Assembly (NCBI RefSeq): GCF_009914755.1
Contig: NC_060932.1
DNA length: 64,000 nucleotides
Direction: 5' to 3' (one strand)
Source of the DNA: the human T2T-CHM13v2.0 reference genome, Homo sapiens
Every line of letters begins with the position of its first letter. The stretch's first letter is position 1. This document shows positions 1 to 12,975 of this stretch, piece after piece. A model generated the notes under the pieces. That model made no database searches and had not been told where the DNA came from. It was given only the letters and a program-made list of their open reading frames with translations. Made by a program: the position numbers and the translations under genes.

Positions 1-409
1 TCATTTGAGTTTATATTTGGTGTAAATTTTTAAAAATTTTTAAATTTTATTATGATTATTAATAGTCCTACTGCAAAAAGAAATCTTTTTTAGAAATTAA
101 GATATAGTTTACACACTTAAAAAAACATATTTCATCATTTATCAACATGCCTTTTACAATATTACCTCTCTTCTACTAGGGAAATACAGAAACAACATGT
201 CTAAAGCGGAGAAATTCCTATGTGACATATACAGAGGTAAGAAATTCTCTTTAACTTTTCCAAAGATAATGGGTCAAGAACCCATAACAGGTTTAGTCTA
301 GTTGGTAAGGCAACTGGACTGAACACGATGTAACTGACCTCTGGAGCCCTATGTAATCATTCAGGAAGAGAGCTTGAGATCTCCACTAAAGCAGTATCTT
401 CCACAAGGA

Positions 410-505
410 ATGTTCAATTCTGCCTCCTCAGCATCTAGACGGTGCCTGGCACATAAAAGATGGCTAATTAATACTGGTTGAATAAATGAACAAGTGAATA
501 AGTGA
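410..505 (+). mobile_element. L2 LINE 3' end fragment
   Basis: tctagacggtgcctggcacata...ttgaataaatgaacaagtgaat resembles the L2 3' terminus; boundaries approximate. Confidence 0.6.
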
Positions 506-3232
506 TGTATTCAGTGAGCTATGTATTTTCTGCTAATTTGAATGTATTGTTATTCTGTTCCTTTCACTTCATTGAACTTTCTTTTCTCCAAGCTTAGGCT
601 ATGATTTCTCTAAAAATGAGATATTATATTCTCAAATTTCTTTTTCAATGTGTCCCATAGCCCAAAATACCTTTACCCATTTTCACCTCTGTGGATATTG
701 CTGTTATTATTGCTGTTCCTAAGTTTCTATTGATCCTGCAGAGACAAGCAGATGAAATCTGGGAGGAAATTAAGAGTTTATTCTAACTAAGAAAAAAAAA
801 GAAAGGTAAGTTTCTGCAGTGGTGCACCTTATAAAATCCAAGTGAGCAAGAAAAACACAGGGCTCATAATTAACGACTAGAAAAGCTCTAGTAAAATCAG
901 GGGAGACTTTGAGATTCTAGACTTCATTAGCAGTTAAAGGAGAAAAAAATTCCCATGGCCGGAAGGTTAGAAGTTAATTAGAAGAAGTGCTAAGGGATTT
1001 GTTGTCTGACAGAGAGGCTTATGAGGTAGTTTTAGGCTCTTTATTGCCACCATAAAAGTCTCATATTAGTGAGCTCCCAGGAAGCAGAGAGCAAATTCCC
1101 GAGGTTGTTTGGAACAGGCAGGTCTTGTGCGTCCAACACTCAGGGGTCCCCTACCCTGCCCAGTAATGGGTGCTTTGGGACTTTTTGTCCATTTGTTCTC
1201 AAACTAAACTTTATCTTGAATTAAATAGATACAGTTGGCTGGAGCACCAACAACAGTTAATAATTCAATTTAGATGCATAGGCAGATAACAGTGAAGAAA
1301 GGAGAGGAGGACTGGAGGGGAGCAAAGGTAAGCATTACATTTGGTCAAGAAATGGTCTTCAAAGGATTAAGGGACTTCTATCCTTGGGTGACCTGGTGAT
1401 TCCACAGACTGAAACCTACAATTACCAGTGGCTTCCTTCTCTACAAACTTTCTCTTATGTTCTGCAACAGACTATGAAAATGGGTGTTTCATTTTTGACC
1501 CTTAGGTGAAAAGATCAGGTATCACAGTGAGTTGCAAGACAGACCCCACTGTAGAAATGGAAAGTTGCAGGTAGCAGAGAATAGTTGAATGATTCTGATA
1601 TCTATTACCAACATGCAGGTGTAGAAAAGATCTACACCCTACATCAAAAGAAGGAAATGGGGAAGAGAGTATTTGGAGGTAGCTGAGGGTTTATTGTTGT
1701 CTACTTACCCCACACGGAGAAGGAAAATAAGTTATTTCCCTCAATTCAAGTCAGCACGTAAGGCCTTCAACTCAGACCTCTCAGAAAGCTTAGTAGTTCA
1801 TGGTGTCGAATGGCTGCCTGGAAAATCTAAAACTCAAGTTCTGGCTCCTCCCACCCCCTTAACTCCTATTTCAGCACTAGTGGAACATAGCAGCTAGTGA
1901 GTGTGAGAGAATGTGAGACAGACAGAAGATTCTGTCCTCACCTTCCTTCCCTGGCTACAGGCTTTCTTCCTGATACAGGCCCTAGAGTGAGAAGAAGGGA
2001 AAAATCCTGGCTTTGAATGGATTGAATTGTTAATTATCCTATGAGAGTAGACAGCCTAATTTGTAAAACAACCAAAATCTAAGTTTTAAGACCAAGTGAC
2101 TGTGATTTGAAAATATAGATGTCAAAAATCTGTATTTTCTGAGCAAACTCAGAAAACCCATAAAATTACACATATTTTCATTGGGAGTTGCCCTCTTGAC
2201 TAAATTTAAATGGACATTGAAGGGCAAATTAAATTTACTTTATAATTCCATCCTATGAGTAAGGCTTATTTGATGTATATTTCTAAACCCTTGTTATGCC
2301 TAAGAATGTGAGTTTTCTGTGTTAGGGGGTTGGCAGAAAGTGGAGAAGTGAAACAAAAAAGAGAAATTCAAAATAGCTTAAGGTCTAATACAGTATAATT
2401 CATACAAGTAAGTTAGGACTGTGCCCTAGATTTGTAGATAGTTCTGTTATTAAAGTAACCTGAGGTTCCCCAGAATTATTATTATAGTAAAAACTCAAAC
2501 TTCACTGGATCTAGTTCTTACCACCCATTTAATGTCAAACCTCTGACTCCCACAAAATCTCTCACACTCAGAATTACTAAGAACTGCTTTTTTATTCTCT
2601 GCCCTTCTGGGTTGACTTTGGTTGCCCAGGAAGTCATTTAAGATCTGCTTCTTACAGATAACATTGCCACTGTCCAGAATTGTTTGAGACCCTGTACCCT
2701 GGAACCTCTAAGTATTTCAGTGAGGCTGGCGAATAAGTGTGTTTGTAGAAGGACAGGCAGTTGAGGCAGAAAAGTAGGGAGAAACTAACATAAAAGACCT
2801 TAAGTCCTTAAGGTTGTTCAACTCTCATCTTAAAGGATGGAAATGATGTGCTTATCAAAACAGAAATGTGTACCGGAACAGAGGAAGGGAATTTCAGGTA
2901 TGGCTGAGAATAGATCTTCTCGTGTTTTAGTCCTCCAAAATAAAGAATTGTTTCTCCAAAGCAAAAAGTAATGAATCTGGAATTCCCTTGTGAGTGCTCC
3001 TTCTGGAGTAGAAGTGACCTTTGAGGTTGTCTAGTCCGATCCCTTCTTTTCACCCATTAGAACACTGAAATCCAATGAAATGAAATGATGAATTCAATGT
3101 CCCCTACTTCGTTAGTGGCGGGAGAAGAATAGAATACTTGTCTCTTCAACAGCCAGACTGGTGGTGTCCTTTCCACGACATATTTCTTCTCAAATTTAGA
3201 AATCACCTGAAGATAATTTTTGGCCAAAACAT

Positions 3233-5074
3233 AAGGGAAAAAAATAAAAGGCATACAAATTGGAAAAGAAGAAGTCAAATTATCTCTGTTCACTGATGAG
3301 GTGATCTTATATCTATCCAGAAAACCTCAAAGACTCTACCAAAAAACTCTTAGACTTGAAAAATGAATTTAGTAATGTTTCAGGATACGAATTCAACATA
3401 CAAAAATTAGTAGTGTTTTTATATACCAATAATTATCAAGTAAAGAACTAAATCAGTAAAGCAGTCCCACTTACAATAACAACAAAAATGAAATAAAATA
3501 AAATACCGAGGAAGAAATTTAATCAAAGAAGTGAAAAAACTCCACAAGAAAAAATGCAAAACACTAATGAAAGCAATTGTAAATGATACAAACAATTGGA
3601 AAAACATCCCATGCTCATGAATCAGAAGAATTAACATTGTTAGAATGACCATACTGCCCATGGCAATCTACAGATTCAGTGCAATCTCTATCAAAATACC
3701 AATGTCATGTTTCACAGAATTAGAAAAAAAAATCCTAAAAGTCATACGGAACCAAAAAAGAGAGGAAACAGCCAAAGAAATCCTATGTGAAAAAGAACAA
3801 AGCTGGAGATACCACATTTCCTGATTTGAAATTATACTATAAGACCATAGTAACCAAAATGTCATGGTACTGGTACAAAAACAGACACATAGACTAATAG
3901 AACAGAATAAAGAACTCAGAAATAAAGCCATAAATCTAAAGCCAAATGATTTTTGGAAAGTCAATAAAAACATACACTGGGGAAGGACACTCTTTTCAGT
4001 AAGTGGTGCTGAAAAAATTGGTTATCTATATGCAGAAGAATAAAACTGGACCCCTATCTCTCACCATGTAAAAGATAAACTCAGGATGGATTAAAGACTT
4101 GAATGTAAGACCTTAAACTATAAAAATACTAGAAGAAAACTCTTCTGGACATGGGTCTAGGCAAAGAATTCATGACTATGCATCCAACAGGGGACTGATA
4201 TCCACAATTTACATGGAACTCAAACAACACAACAATTAAAAACCCATAAGTAGTCCCATTAAAAAGTGGCAAAAGACATGAACAGACATTTTTCAAAAGA
4301 AGACATACAATGGCCAACAAATATATCAAAAAAGTTCAACATCACTAATAATCAGAGAAATGCACATTAAAACCACTATGGGATATCATCTTATACCAGT
4401 CAGAATGGCCATTATTAAAAAGTCAAAACAAACAAACAAACAGATGTTGGCAAGGATATAGAGAAAAGGGAGCACTTATATATTGTTGGTAGTAATGTAG
4501 GTTAGTGTAACTGCTATGGAAAATAGAATGGAGATTTCTCAAAGAACTAAAAACAGAACTAGCATTTTATTCAGGAATTCCACTACTGTGTATCTACCTC
4601 CCAAAAATTATATAAAAGTAATATCTGCACTTGTATGTTTTTCACAGCACTGTTCACAATAGCAAAGATACAGAATCAAGCTAAGTGGCTATCAAAGGAT
4701 GACTTGATAAAGAAAATGTGGTACATTTACACAATGGAAAACTATTCAGCCATAAAATGAATGAAATCATGTCTTTTGCAACAACATGAATGGAACTGGA
4801 GCCATCATCCTGAGTGAAACGATGCAGAAACCAACAGTCAAATACCGTATGTTCTCACTTATGAAAGCTAAAGCATGTATACACATGGACATAAAGTATG
4901 GGAGGACAAACATCAGAGTCTCAAAGTCTGGGGTAAGGAACAAGAAATTATTTAATGGATACGATGTGCATTATTTGGGTGATGGATACACTAAAAGTCC
5001 ACACTTCACCGCCACACAATATATCCAGGTAACAAAACTGCACTTGCACCCCTTAAATTTATACGTAAAAAAAA
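3233..5074 (+). mobile_element. 5'-truncated L1 (L1MA/L1PB-age), ORF2 3' part plus 3' UTR
   Basis: L1 ORF2 sequence (ggcatacaaattggaaaagaagaagtcaaattatc...), L1MA-type end cacttgcaccccttaaatttatac plus A-tail; 13-bp TSD ttggccaaaacat at 3220-3232 and 5075-5087. Confidence 0.9.
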
Positions 5075-5489
5075 TTGGCCAAAACATTGGTTTCGTATGC
5101 AGCATATCAGAATTTTAAAATGCCAGGGAAAATAGACAGGCTCTTTCAAAGTTAAGAAATGCAGCACATGTACATTAGATTGAAAGTAAATAAATTTAGA
5201 TGCATAAATTTGCTTAGACAAGACCGTTGTAAGTAGGGTATTTACTACAGAGATCTAGACTGACCCAGGAAGTGGCTTTTTTAAAGGGAAGATTAATACA
5301 GAAACAGAAATATGACAATTACATGAAAAGTCAAAATGAACTCACTGTACTCTAAAATCTCCTTCTATAATAATGTTCTAAGAGCTGTAGCTCTTTTGTG
5401 GATGATTGGCTTATAGAGCTGTAAAATGTCTTTAAACCCCATATCCTTCTAGAAAAGCATATCAAACCATAGTAGGATTAGTAGGAACC

Positions 5490-6002
5490 TGCGGTAGACA
5501 GAATATACACATTCTTCCCCCTACATCCCATGTCCACATCCTAATGCCAGGAGTGTGTGAATATGTTACCTTACATAAAGAAAGGAACTTTACAGATGTA
5601 ATTAAGGTTAAAGATTTTAGGTGAGGAGATTATCTTGATTATCCAGGTGTTCCGCCCAATTTAATTATGAGTCTTTAAAAGATGAGAACCTTTCCCAACT
5701 GAGATCAGAGTCAGAGGAAGGAGTGACCATGAAAGTGCTTCCAGGGTGCCATGTTGCTGGTTTTGAAATGGAGTAAAGGAGCCACACGCATCTAGAAGCT
5801 GAAAAAGGCGAGGAAACTGGTTCTCCACCAAGGCTTTATGAAAGGGACACAGCCCTGCCGACACCTTCATTTTAGCCTACTTAGACATTGATCAAATTTC
5901 TGACCTCCAGAACTGTAAGATAATAAAATTGCATAAACTTGCATAGTTTTAATGCACTAAATTCATGGTAATGTGTTACAGTAGCAACAGAAAACCAGTA
6001 TA
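5490..6002 (+). mobile_element. MaLR solo LTR (MLT1D-like)
   Basis: gtccacatcctaat...tgtgaatatgttacc; ctgacctccagaactgtaagataataaa; ends cagtagcaacagaaaaccagtata. Confidence 0.8.
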
Positions 6003-6491
6003 GAAGGTAAGAGGTAATTTGTCAACTCATTCTACAAATCAGAGAGACTTTAAACCAGAGTGGAAGCTAATTCCAATGCAAGGGGTACCTATGGGGTATA
6101 AAATCCATACAGAGGATTTGTAACCTCAAATTTAAATGGCAGGCTGGAGACAGAAGACAGAGCCTTATGTGTCTGCTAGAATGGGATCTAGAACAGAGAC
6201 CCCTGAACAAAGCTGAAATTCTCACCCTCAGAGAAAAGGTAAGCTTGAAAAAATTATTTTACCAGTAAAAGAGAAGCAAGCAATCAGTAAAATATCTGCC
6301 TTAGCCTTGACTCATGTGGAAAATAACTATAAACACATACACCATCTTCACCATTAGCAAATATTAGTTTCAGAGATGTCTGAGAATAGAAAACAAATTG
6401 CAATGACTTGTAGAGTGAGTGAACCACATGCAAGCCAGTCAGCACCTTCTACACAGCAATCCTACTCACCTCCTCATATCCTTCCATTTCC

Positions 6492-6793
6492 ATTTTTTTT
6501 ATTTCCATTTGAGACAGGTCTTCCTCTGTTACCCATGCTGGAGTGCAGTGGTACAACCACAGTTCACTGCAGCCTTGACCTGCTGAGCTCAAGAGATCCT
6601 CCAACATCAGCCTCCTGAGTAGCTGAGACTGCAAGTGTGTGCCACCACACCTGACTAATTTTTTTTTTATTTTTTGTAGAGATGGGGGTCTCACTATGTT
6701 GCCCACACTGGTCTCAAAATACTGGGCTCGAGCAATGCTCCTGACCTGGCCTCCCAAATTGCTTGGATTACAGATGTGAACCATTGTGCCCAG
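6492..6793 (-). mobile_element. AluJ
   Basis: Dimeric antisense Alu; TSD cttccatttcc on both sides. Confidence 0.9.
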
Positions 6794-8009
6794 CTTCCAT
6801 TTCCTCTTTGCTCTCCAACACATATGGACTCCTACTGTCATCCAAGTTGTTTCACTTAAAACTTACCAGGTGATTGATTGGAATATTCTCTAAGCTCTGA
6901 AATCTCCTTTCCTGTAATTTCTACCTATAGGCCAGTCTTAATTTTACTTTTTGGAACCAAGGCCACAAAGCATAAATCCTCTTCCACAGTTAACTCTAGA
7001 AATTTGGATGCCATAATTACCTCATCTTTAATATCTGATTTCATGGCTATATCCTTCTGCTTACAGAAAAATGAAGTGCAAATAGGCCTTGGCTGGAAAC
7101 TTGTAAATGGCTTTTACAAAGCAAGTAACAGGGAGAAAGGGAGTTTATATATTAATCTTATATAATAACCCTTACATCCTTATTTCTTTGACAAAATAAT
7201 GGGAAATGTCACTTTTTATGTAATAATGGGCCATATTTCTGAGAGATTTAAAAATCCTGGAAAGTAAAATCTGGATGCTGCTTTTCTCTCTCTCTCCAGG
7301 AAATCCAGCAGGAGCTAGTTCATCTGGAAGAATCAAGTGATTTAAGAAAACAAGCAGACTTACTGCATGCAATTCAGGAACTGGGGGCATTTTTCATTTT
7401 TGTTTTCTCTGTTATTTATTTTCTTCACCTCAGGTTTCTGAAAACCAGAAACAGATGGACTAATCCAAACTCCTCAGAACAGACGGCTTATCAAACTCCC
7501 CGCCTTGAGGACCCGGGGCTCCCCTGCGGAGTGCAGGGTCCACGCAATAATTCACTCCAACTCCTCCACATCAGGAAGAACACTCACAGAACTTTCAACA
7601 ATTAGCCTTTCCTTGGCCCCATTATCAACAACTGTGGGAAAGATATGTCCTTATCTGACCCTGGAGGACGCAAGCCACCTAACTGCCAGACACCAGATAT
7701 TGTTGCAGGGAGCAACCCTCACAAACATATGCAAAGATGAACAGAGGAGGTGGAAATGGGTGGTCTTGATCAATGCATGCCTTGGCATCCGGAGTTTGGT
7801 GAAAAATGAGAAATAAAGATGCATGTTGGATGGAAGTACAGTGCAGAGTCGAATAAAATTGCCACCTCCTGCTTTACCTCAATGACCCCAGTTGGTGCCT
7901 GTTCTTTCCCTCCTTTACCATCAAAACACAACTACATCAAAGCTGTTTTTACACAAAGGAATAATGCCTAATAAATAAAATCCTATTACTTCCCCTTACA
8001 TGATAGCAT

Positions 8010-8300
8010 CTTGTTGTTTTTTCTGTTTGTTTGTTTCTTGAGACAGGGTCTTGTTCTGTCCCTCAGGCTGGAGTGCAGTGGCACAATCATAGCTCACTGT
8101 CACCTTAAACTCCTGGGCTCAAGTAAACCTCCTGTCTCAGCCTTCCAAGTAGCTAGGACTACAGGACTAAAAATTAGCCAGCTACATGCCACCGTGCTTA
8201 GTTAATTTTTTAATATTTTTGTAGAGACGGGGGTCTCGCTATGTTGCCCCAGGCTGGTCTGGAATTCCTGGTCTCAAGCTATTCTCCCACCATGCCAGGT
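8010..8300 (-). mobile_element. AluJ (internally rearranged)
   Basis: Antisense Alu arms; TSD catgatagcat on both flanks. Confidence 0.85.
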
Positions 8301-9877
8301 CCCATGATAGCATTTTAACAGAATAGTTTGATGAAGCATAAAAATCAATTTGCTGATGGGTGTTGGGATGTGTGTACCAAAGGAGTTTAAAAATTCTACT
8401 ATCACATCACATAGGTAGCAATCTTTTTTTTTTTTCAGTTTAACAGAGCTGATGTCGCTGTCTATTCATCTTTGTAACATAAAGCGAAACATGGAGAAGT
8501 CAATGGTATATCTAAACAATGGACAGAGATAAAGCAAGAATATATAATTTTTTAGACTCTGGGTTCCCAGGTCAAAATTTGGACAAATGTTTTCTCTCCT
8601 TACCAGGGGATTTATGTTCCATTGTGAGTAACAAAATTAAAACACACACAAACACACTCAAGTGATATAAACAAACCAGGGGTTTTACTTCTTCCATGAA
8701 ACCAGTTAGGTGTTTGTTAGCAAGCACCAGATCAGCAAATCATAACTCTTAAGTCTGAAGTCTCTGAGGTTCTGCGGACCTCTCAGGTTCTGGGAGAGGA
8801 GGATGTTGTAGTAACTTGAAAGTGATTTATCACAATGCATTCCTAAGAAAAAACAGGTAGGTGAATGGGGAAGGGAGGCCCAGAAGAGGAGATCAGAGTG
8901 TCATTGTACTGACTGCTTCTGTTGCAGATGCCCACATGGGACAACCTTTTTCTCAAAGTCTGAGCAGGGAAAAGCCTCCTTCCCTTTTTGTATATTGGGT
9001 AAAGTGTTAAACAGCATTTTTCACCCAGCTGCTTTCTACATGGTGTAGCTCTGTGAAAAATGATTCTTCTCCTAAGTTAAAGAACTAGGTATATTTTAAT
9101 TTCTTCAGAAAATCTTGGTGGGGATAGGAAAGAGATTAAAGAGGTCAGGACTGGCTTGAAGGACCTGAAGAGGTCTGCCCAAGAAATTGACCATGGATTC
9201 CTAAGCAGAGTCACCATTGTTTCTGTAACTACAGAGTAACAGCTGTTGAGAGGAAGCTCTGGCATCCCAGGCAGCAGGTCTCAGTTTTGTGAATTCTGTG
9301 CCCACTCTGTCAGTTAGCAAGGGACATAATCTAGCAGAACAAAAAAAGTTGGCACATCTGGTTGTCATTAAATGCATTGCTGAGATGAGATTGATGTTTA
9401 TTCCAGGCAAGTTTTTTTTTTTTTTAACTTCTTCCATACTCTTCCCTCCTTCAGTATATCTTCTCATCACCCGAAACATAGGTGGTGACACCTTCCCAAG
9501 CAGCCATTTCTTTAATCAGATTAGAGGGACGAAGCAAAGGTGCATTAAGAGTAGCACTAAAATTGAGTTGGGGAATCTGTTGTTGAAACGGTTCCATAAA
9601 TGTGCCCATATTACTCTTGAAAGCAGCCTCTCGGCCTGTGCCACCTGCACCCAAAGGTTGGAAGTTCAGCAGCTCAGCAGGCACTGAACAGATGGAGAAA
9701 CGCAGTCAGAGCTGCCACATCTGTATTGCTAGCTTATCCTAGGGATCATGTGCCCATGGCCCTGTCCTGAAGCCTCATGAGTAGCTGGTCTATTCTGAAT
9801 ATCAAGAATATCTCTAATACATGGTTTTGCAGAAATTATTATTTTATGTTTCTTTCATAAGATTCAATTTGTGACCT

Positions 9878-10526
9878 TGTTGGGATCCAGAAAACAATAC
9901 CCCAAAATGAAGGCCTCAGAAGCAGCCTCAGAAGTAAAATTTTCTCTCTGACTTTCCCCTCCTCTCTTGTCTCTCAGTTCCATTCTCCCCCAAGACTAGC
10001 AATAGAACCTGGAATCCCTCCTCCGCAAAGTTGGTCCTAGAAACCAGGACTTCTTTCCTCCAAAGCGACATAAAACCTAAAATTATGACTCTAACTTTCC
10101 CCATACATTTCTGTGTAAAAACTGACCATAAAGAAATTATCTGACCTCCCTGATTGGACTTAGGTCATACGACCCCCATGCCAAGAGAGGGTCTTGTCCC
10201 ACACCCAGGAGGAAGGAGTGCTGCTGAGAGAGGCCAAGAAGAATCTAGACAGCAAGAACTTGCTGTGTGTCCCCACTCCGTCTATCAGCATTAGCTCATA
10301 TCCTTTTTGTCCAGTCATATTTCTATACGGCTGTCCATACTTTTTTCACCTTAAGCATAAAAATGGACAGTTTCCCCTTGCATCTTTGGGCCTTCATTCT
10401 GAAGGCTTCCTTGTATACATGTTAAATAAATGTGTATGCCTTTTCTCCAACAGATCTGTCTTTTGCAAATTGATTTTTCAGCGAATCTTCAGAGAGACAA
10501 TGAGACCTTTCCTCTTGGCTCCTACA
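9878..10526 (+). mobile_element. ERV1 MER4-group solo LTR (MER101-like)
   Basis: TGTTGGG...CCTACA termini, AATAAA near 10425, 4-bp TSD acct at 9874-9877 and 10527-10530. Confidence 0.8.
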
Positions 10527-11084
10527 ACCTGAAATTTGTAACAGAGCCCTTTAGGCAACTGTGGTAGAAAAACCAGGAACCACCTATTGACACTAAGACC
10601 AAACAGTTGTGATTAACTTATCACAGTAACCAGCAATATTAAAATGAGGGAAAGCAGAACCACTATTGGAATATAACACATAACTACTTTATGCTTTACA
10701 CAATGATTATCCTGATGGGAAGAACGTATCATGAAAAGCAATGATATTAACACATTTCCAGGCCCCTCCAACCCATCCAGAAAAGTATGTGTTAAAATAG
10801 TTACCCATTGGTAAGGGCATTTCAAACCTATGAATAAAATTTCTTAGAATTCAATCTGTTGAAATTCTTGTGCCCATCTTTGCCCATGAAGCCAAGTAGG
10901 TTTTTATCTATCATGTAAGGTAAACAGTGGTTGAAACTTATTCATATTAACATTTTACCTATACATAATTCATCTAGGTAAGATTTAGCTGCTCTTTTTG
11001 ATTAGATAGCTCTTTCCATATTTTGATCTTGATAAATAGGACAGCTTTCAATATAGTGTTGAGTTAATTAAAAATAGAGTGAAG

Positions 11085-11412
11085 ACAAACAGGCAGAGCA
11101 TAGAGGACTTTGAGAGCAGGGAAACTACTTTATAAGATGCCATAATGGCAATGAATGTCATTATATGCTTATCCAAACCCACAGAACGTGCAACACCAAG
11201 GGTGAACCCTAATGCCAATGATGGACTTTGAATGATAATTATATATCAAAGTACATTCATAATTGTAAAAATGCACCACTGTTGTGAGGGATGTTGATAA
11301 TGGGGGAGGCTGTGCAAGTGTTGGGGCAGGGGATATATGGGAAATATGGGTACTTGTCACTCAATTTTCCTGTGAACCTAAAACTACTCTAAAAATAAAG
11401 TTTAATTAAAAA
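11085..11412 (+). mobile_element. Old L1 (L1MC/MD-like) 3' UTR fragment
   Basis: caacaccaagggtgaaccctaatg...gatgttgataatgggggaggctgtgca...aaaactactctaaaaaataaag. Confidence 0.75.
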
Positions 11413-11611
11413 TTTATAACTATATAGTGAATACATAGGATCCTAGTTATTTTTAGCATCCTTTTGTTTTATGGGTTGAGAGAGTGTATCTTGGGGTCAC
11501 CCAGAGGCCCTTGAGGAAGTGATCCTTCAGTTCTAGAAGGTAGCTTAATGTTTTTGTTATTCTAAATTTGGGACCTAAATTTGGGAAAAGAATTATAAAA
11601 ATGATAGGCCT

Positions 11612-11892
11612 GGCCGGATGCAGTGTAATCCCGCCTGTAATCCCAGCACTTTGGGGGGGCCGAGGCAGGTGGATCACGAGATCAGGAGATCAAGACCATC
11701 CTGGCTAACACAGTGAAACCCCGTCCCTAATAAAAATCCAAAAAAGTTAGCCGGGCATGGTGGCCAGTGCCTGTAGTCCCAGCTACTCGGGTGACTGAGA
11801 CAGGAGAATGGCATGAACCCGGGAGGCAGAGCTTGCAGCCTGGGCGACAGAGCGAGACTCTGTCACAAAAAAAAAAAAAAAAAAAAAAAAAA
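11612..11892 (+). mobile_element. AluY-like element with internal deletion
   Basis: AluY-type ggagaatggcatgaacccgggaggcagagcttgcag; long A-tail; TSD gataggcct. Confidence 0.9.
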
Positions 11893-12149
11893 AGATAGGC
11901 CTTTATTAAGAAATTGAATATATATATTGAAATGAATAGAAATTGAATATATATATGTAAATGAGTTGTCAGAAGACAACCATCATTATGTTGAGAAATG
12001 GTCATAAGTTATAGATACCTGAAGATAAGAAATGATTGCTGTTTTGATTAATTTATTTAATCAGAAAGGAAAGATTTTCATATAAACCTAGAATAAATTA
12101 CTCTCCTAATTATAAGAAACTTTAGTTGTTTTGGAAATGAGGAACTTTT

Positions 12150-12640
12150 ATTTTTAAAAATGATCATTTTGGTAATGAGTTTAGCAGTTTTCCATAAATT
12201 TAATCACATACTTAGGATGCAGTATCCCATTCCTAGAAAAATTAAAAATACATGCCCTCCAAAAGACTTGCATGTAAATATCCATAGCAGCTTCAATCAA
12301 AATAGCCCCAAAATGTAGTGCAAATGAATCTCAAAACCATTATGCCGTGCAACAGAAGCCAGGCACAAAAGGCTACATACTATATAAACCCAAGTATATA
12401 AAATTTTGTAACAGACTAATCAAACCTACAGTGGCAACAACCGATCAGTGGTTTTCTAGTACCAGGATGGTAAGGAGAATTACTGCAAAGGGGCACAAGG
12501 AACCATCTGGAAATCATCGACATTTTCATCTTGACTGTGGTAATGATTGCACAGTTGTATATATTTGTCAAAATTTATCAAACTATACATTTCAAAATGT
12601 TCCATATTTTGTGTATGTAAATTATACCTTAATAAAAAAT
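12150..12640 (+). mobile_element. L1ME-like 3' fragments
   Basis: tgaatctcaaaaccattatgc...tactgcaaaggggcacaagga...gtaaattataccttaataaaa. Confidence 0.7.
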
Positions 12641-12675
12641 TCTGAGTTTGATAAAGATCATCAAAAAGACACACA

Positions 12676-12975
12676 GGCCAGGCACGGTGTCTTATGCCTG
12701 TAATCTCAGCATTTTGGGAGGCCAAGGGAAGAGGGGTGCTTGAGGCCAGGAGTTCGAGACCAGCTTTAGCAACATGGTGAGACATCATCTCTACAAAAAA
12801 GTTAAAAATTAGCTGGGTATGGTGGTGAACCTGTAGCCCCAGCTACTCAGGAGGCTGAGGTGGGAAGATCACTTGAGCCCAGGAGTTTGAGGTTGCAGTG
12901 AGCTATGACCAAGCCACTGCACTCTAGCCTAGGCAACAGAGGGAGATCCTGTCTCTAAAATTAAAAACAAAAATA
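12676..12975 (+). mobile_element. AluJ
   Basis: Full dimer; TSD gacacaca. Confidence 0.9.

Noticed and set aside
7505-7816. 103-aa ORF
   Set aside because: TTG start and no homology recognised; kept only as a possible non-coding exon or enhancer
9201-9687. Overlapping ORFs of 77-132 aa on both strands
   Set aside because: No recognisable domain or exon structure; expected by chance
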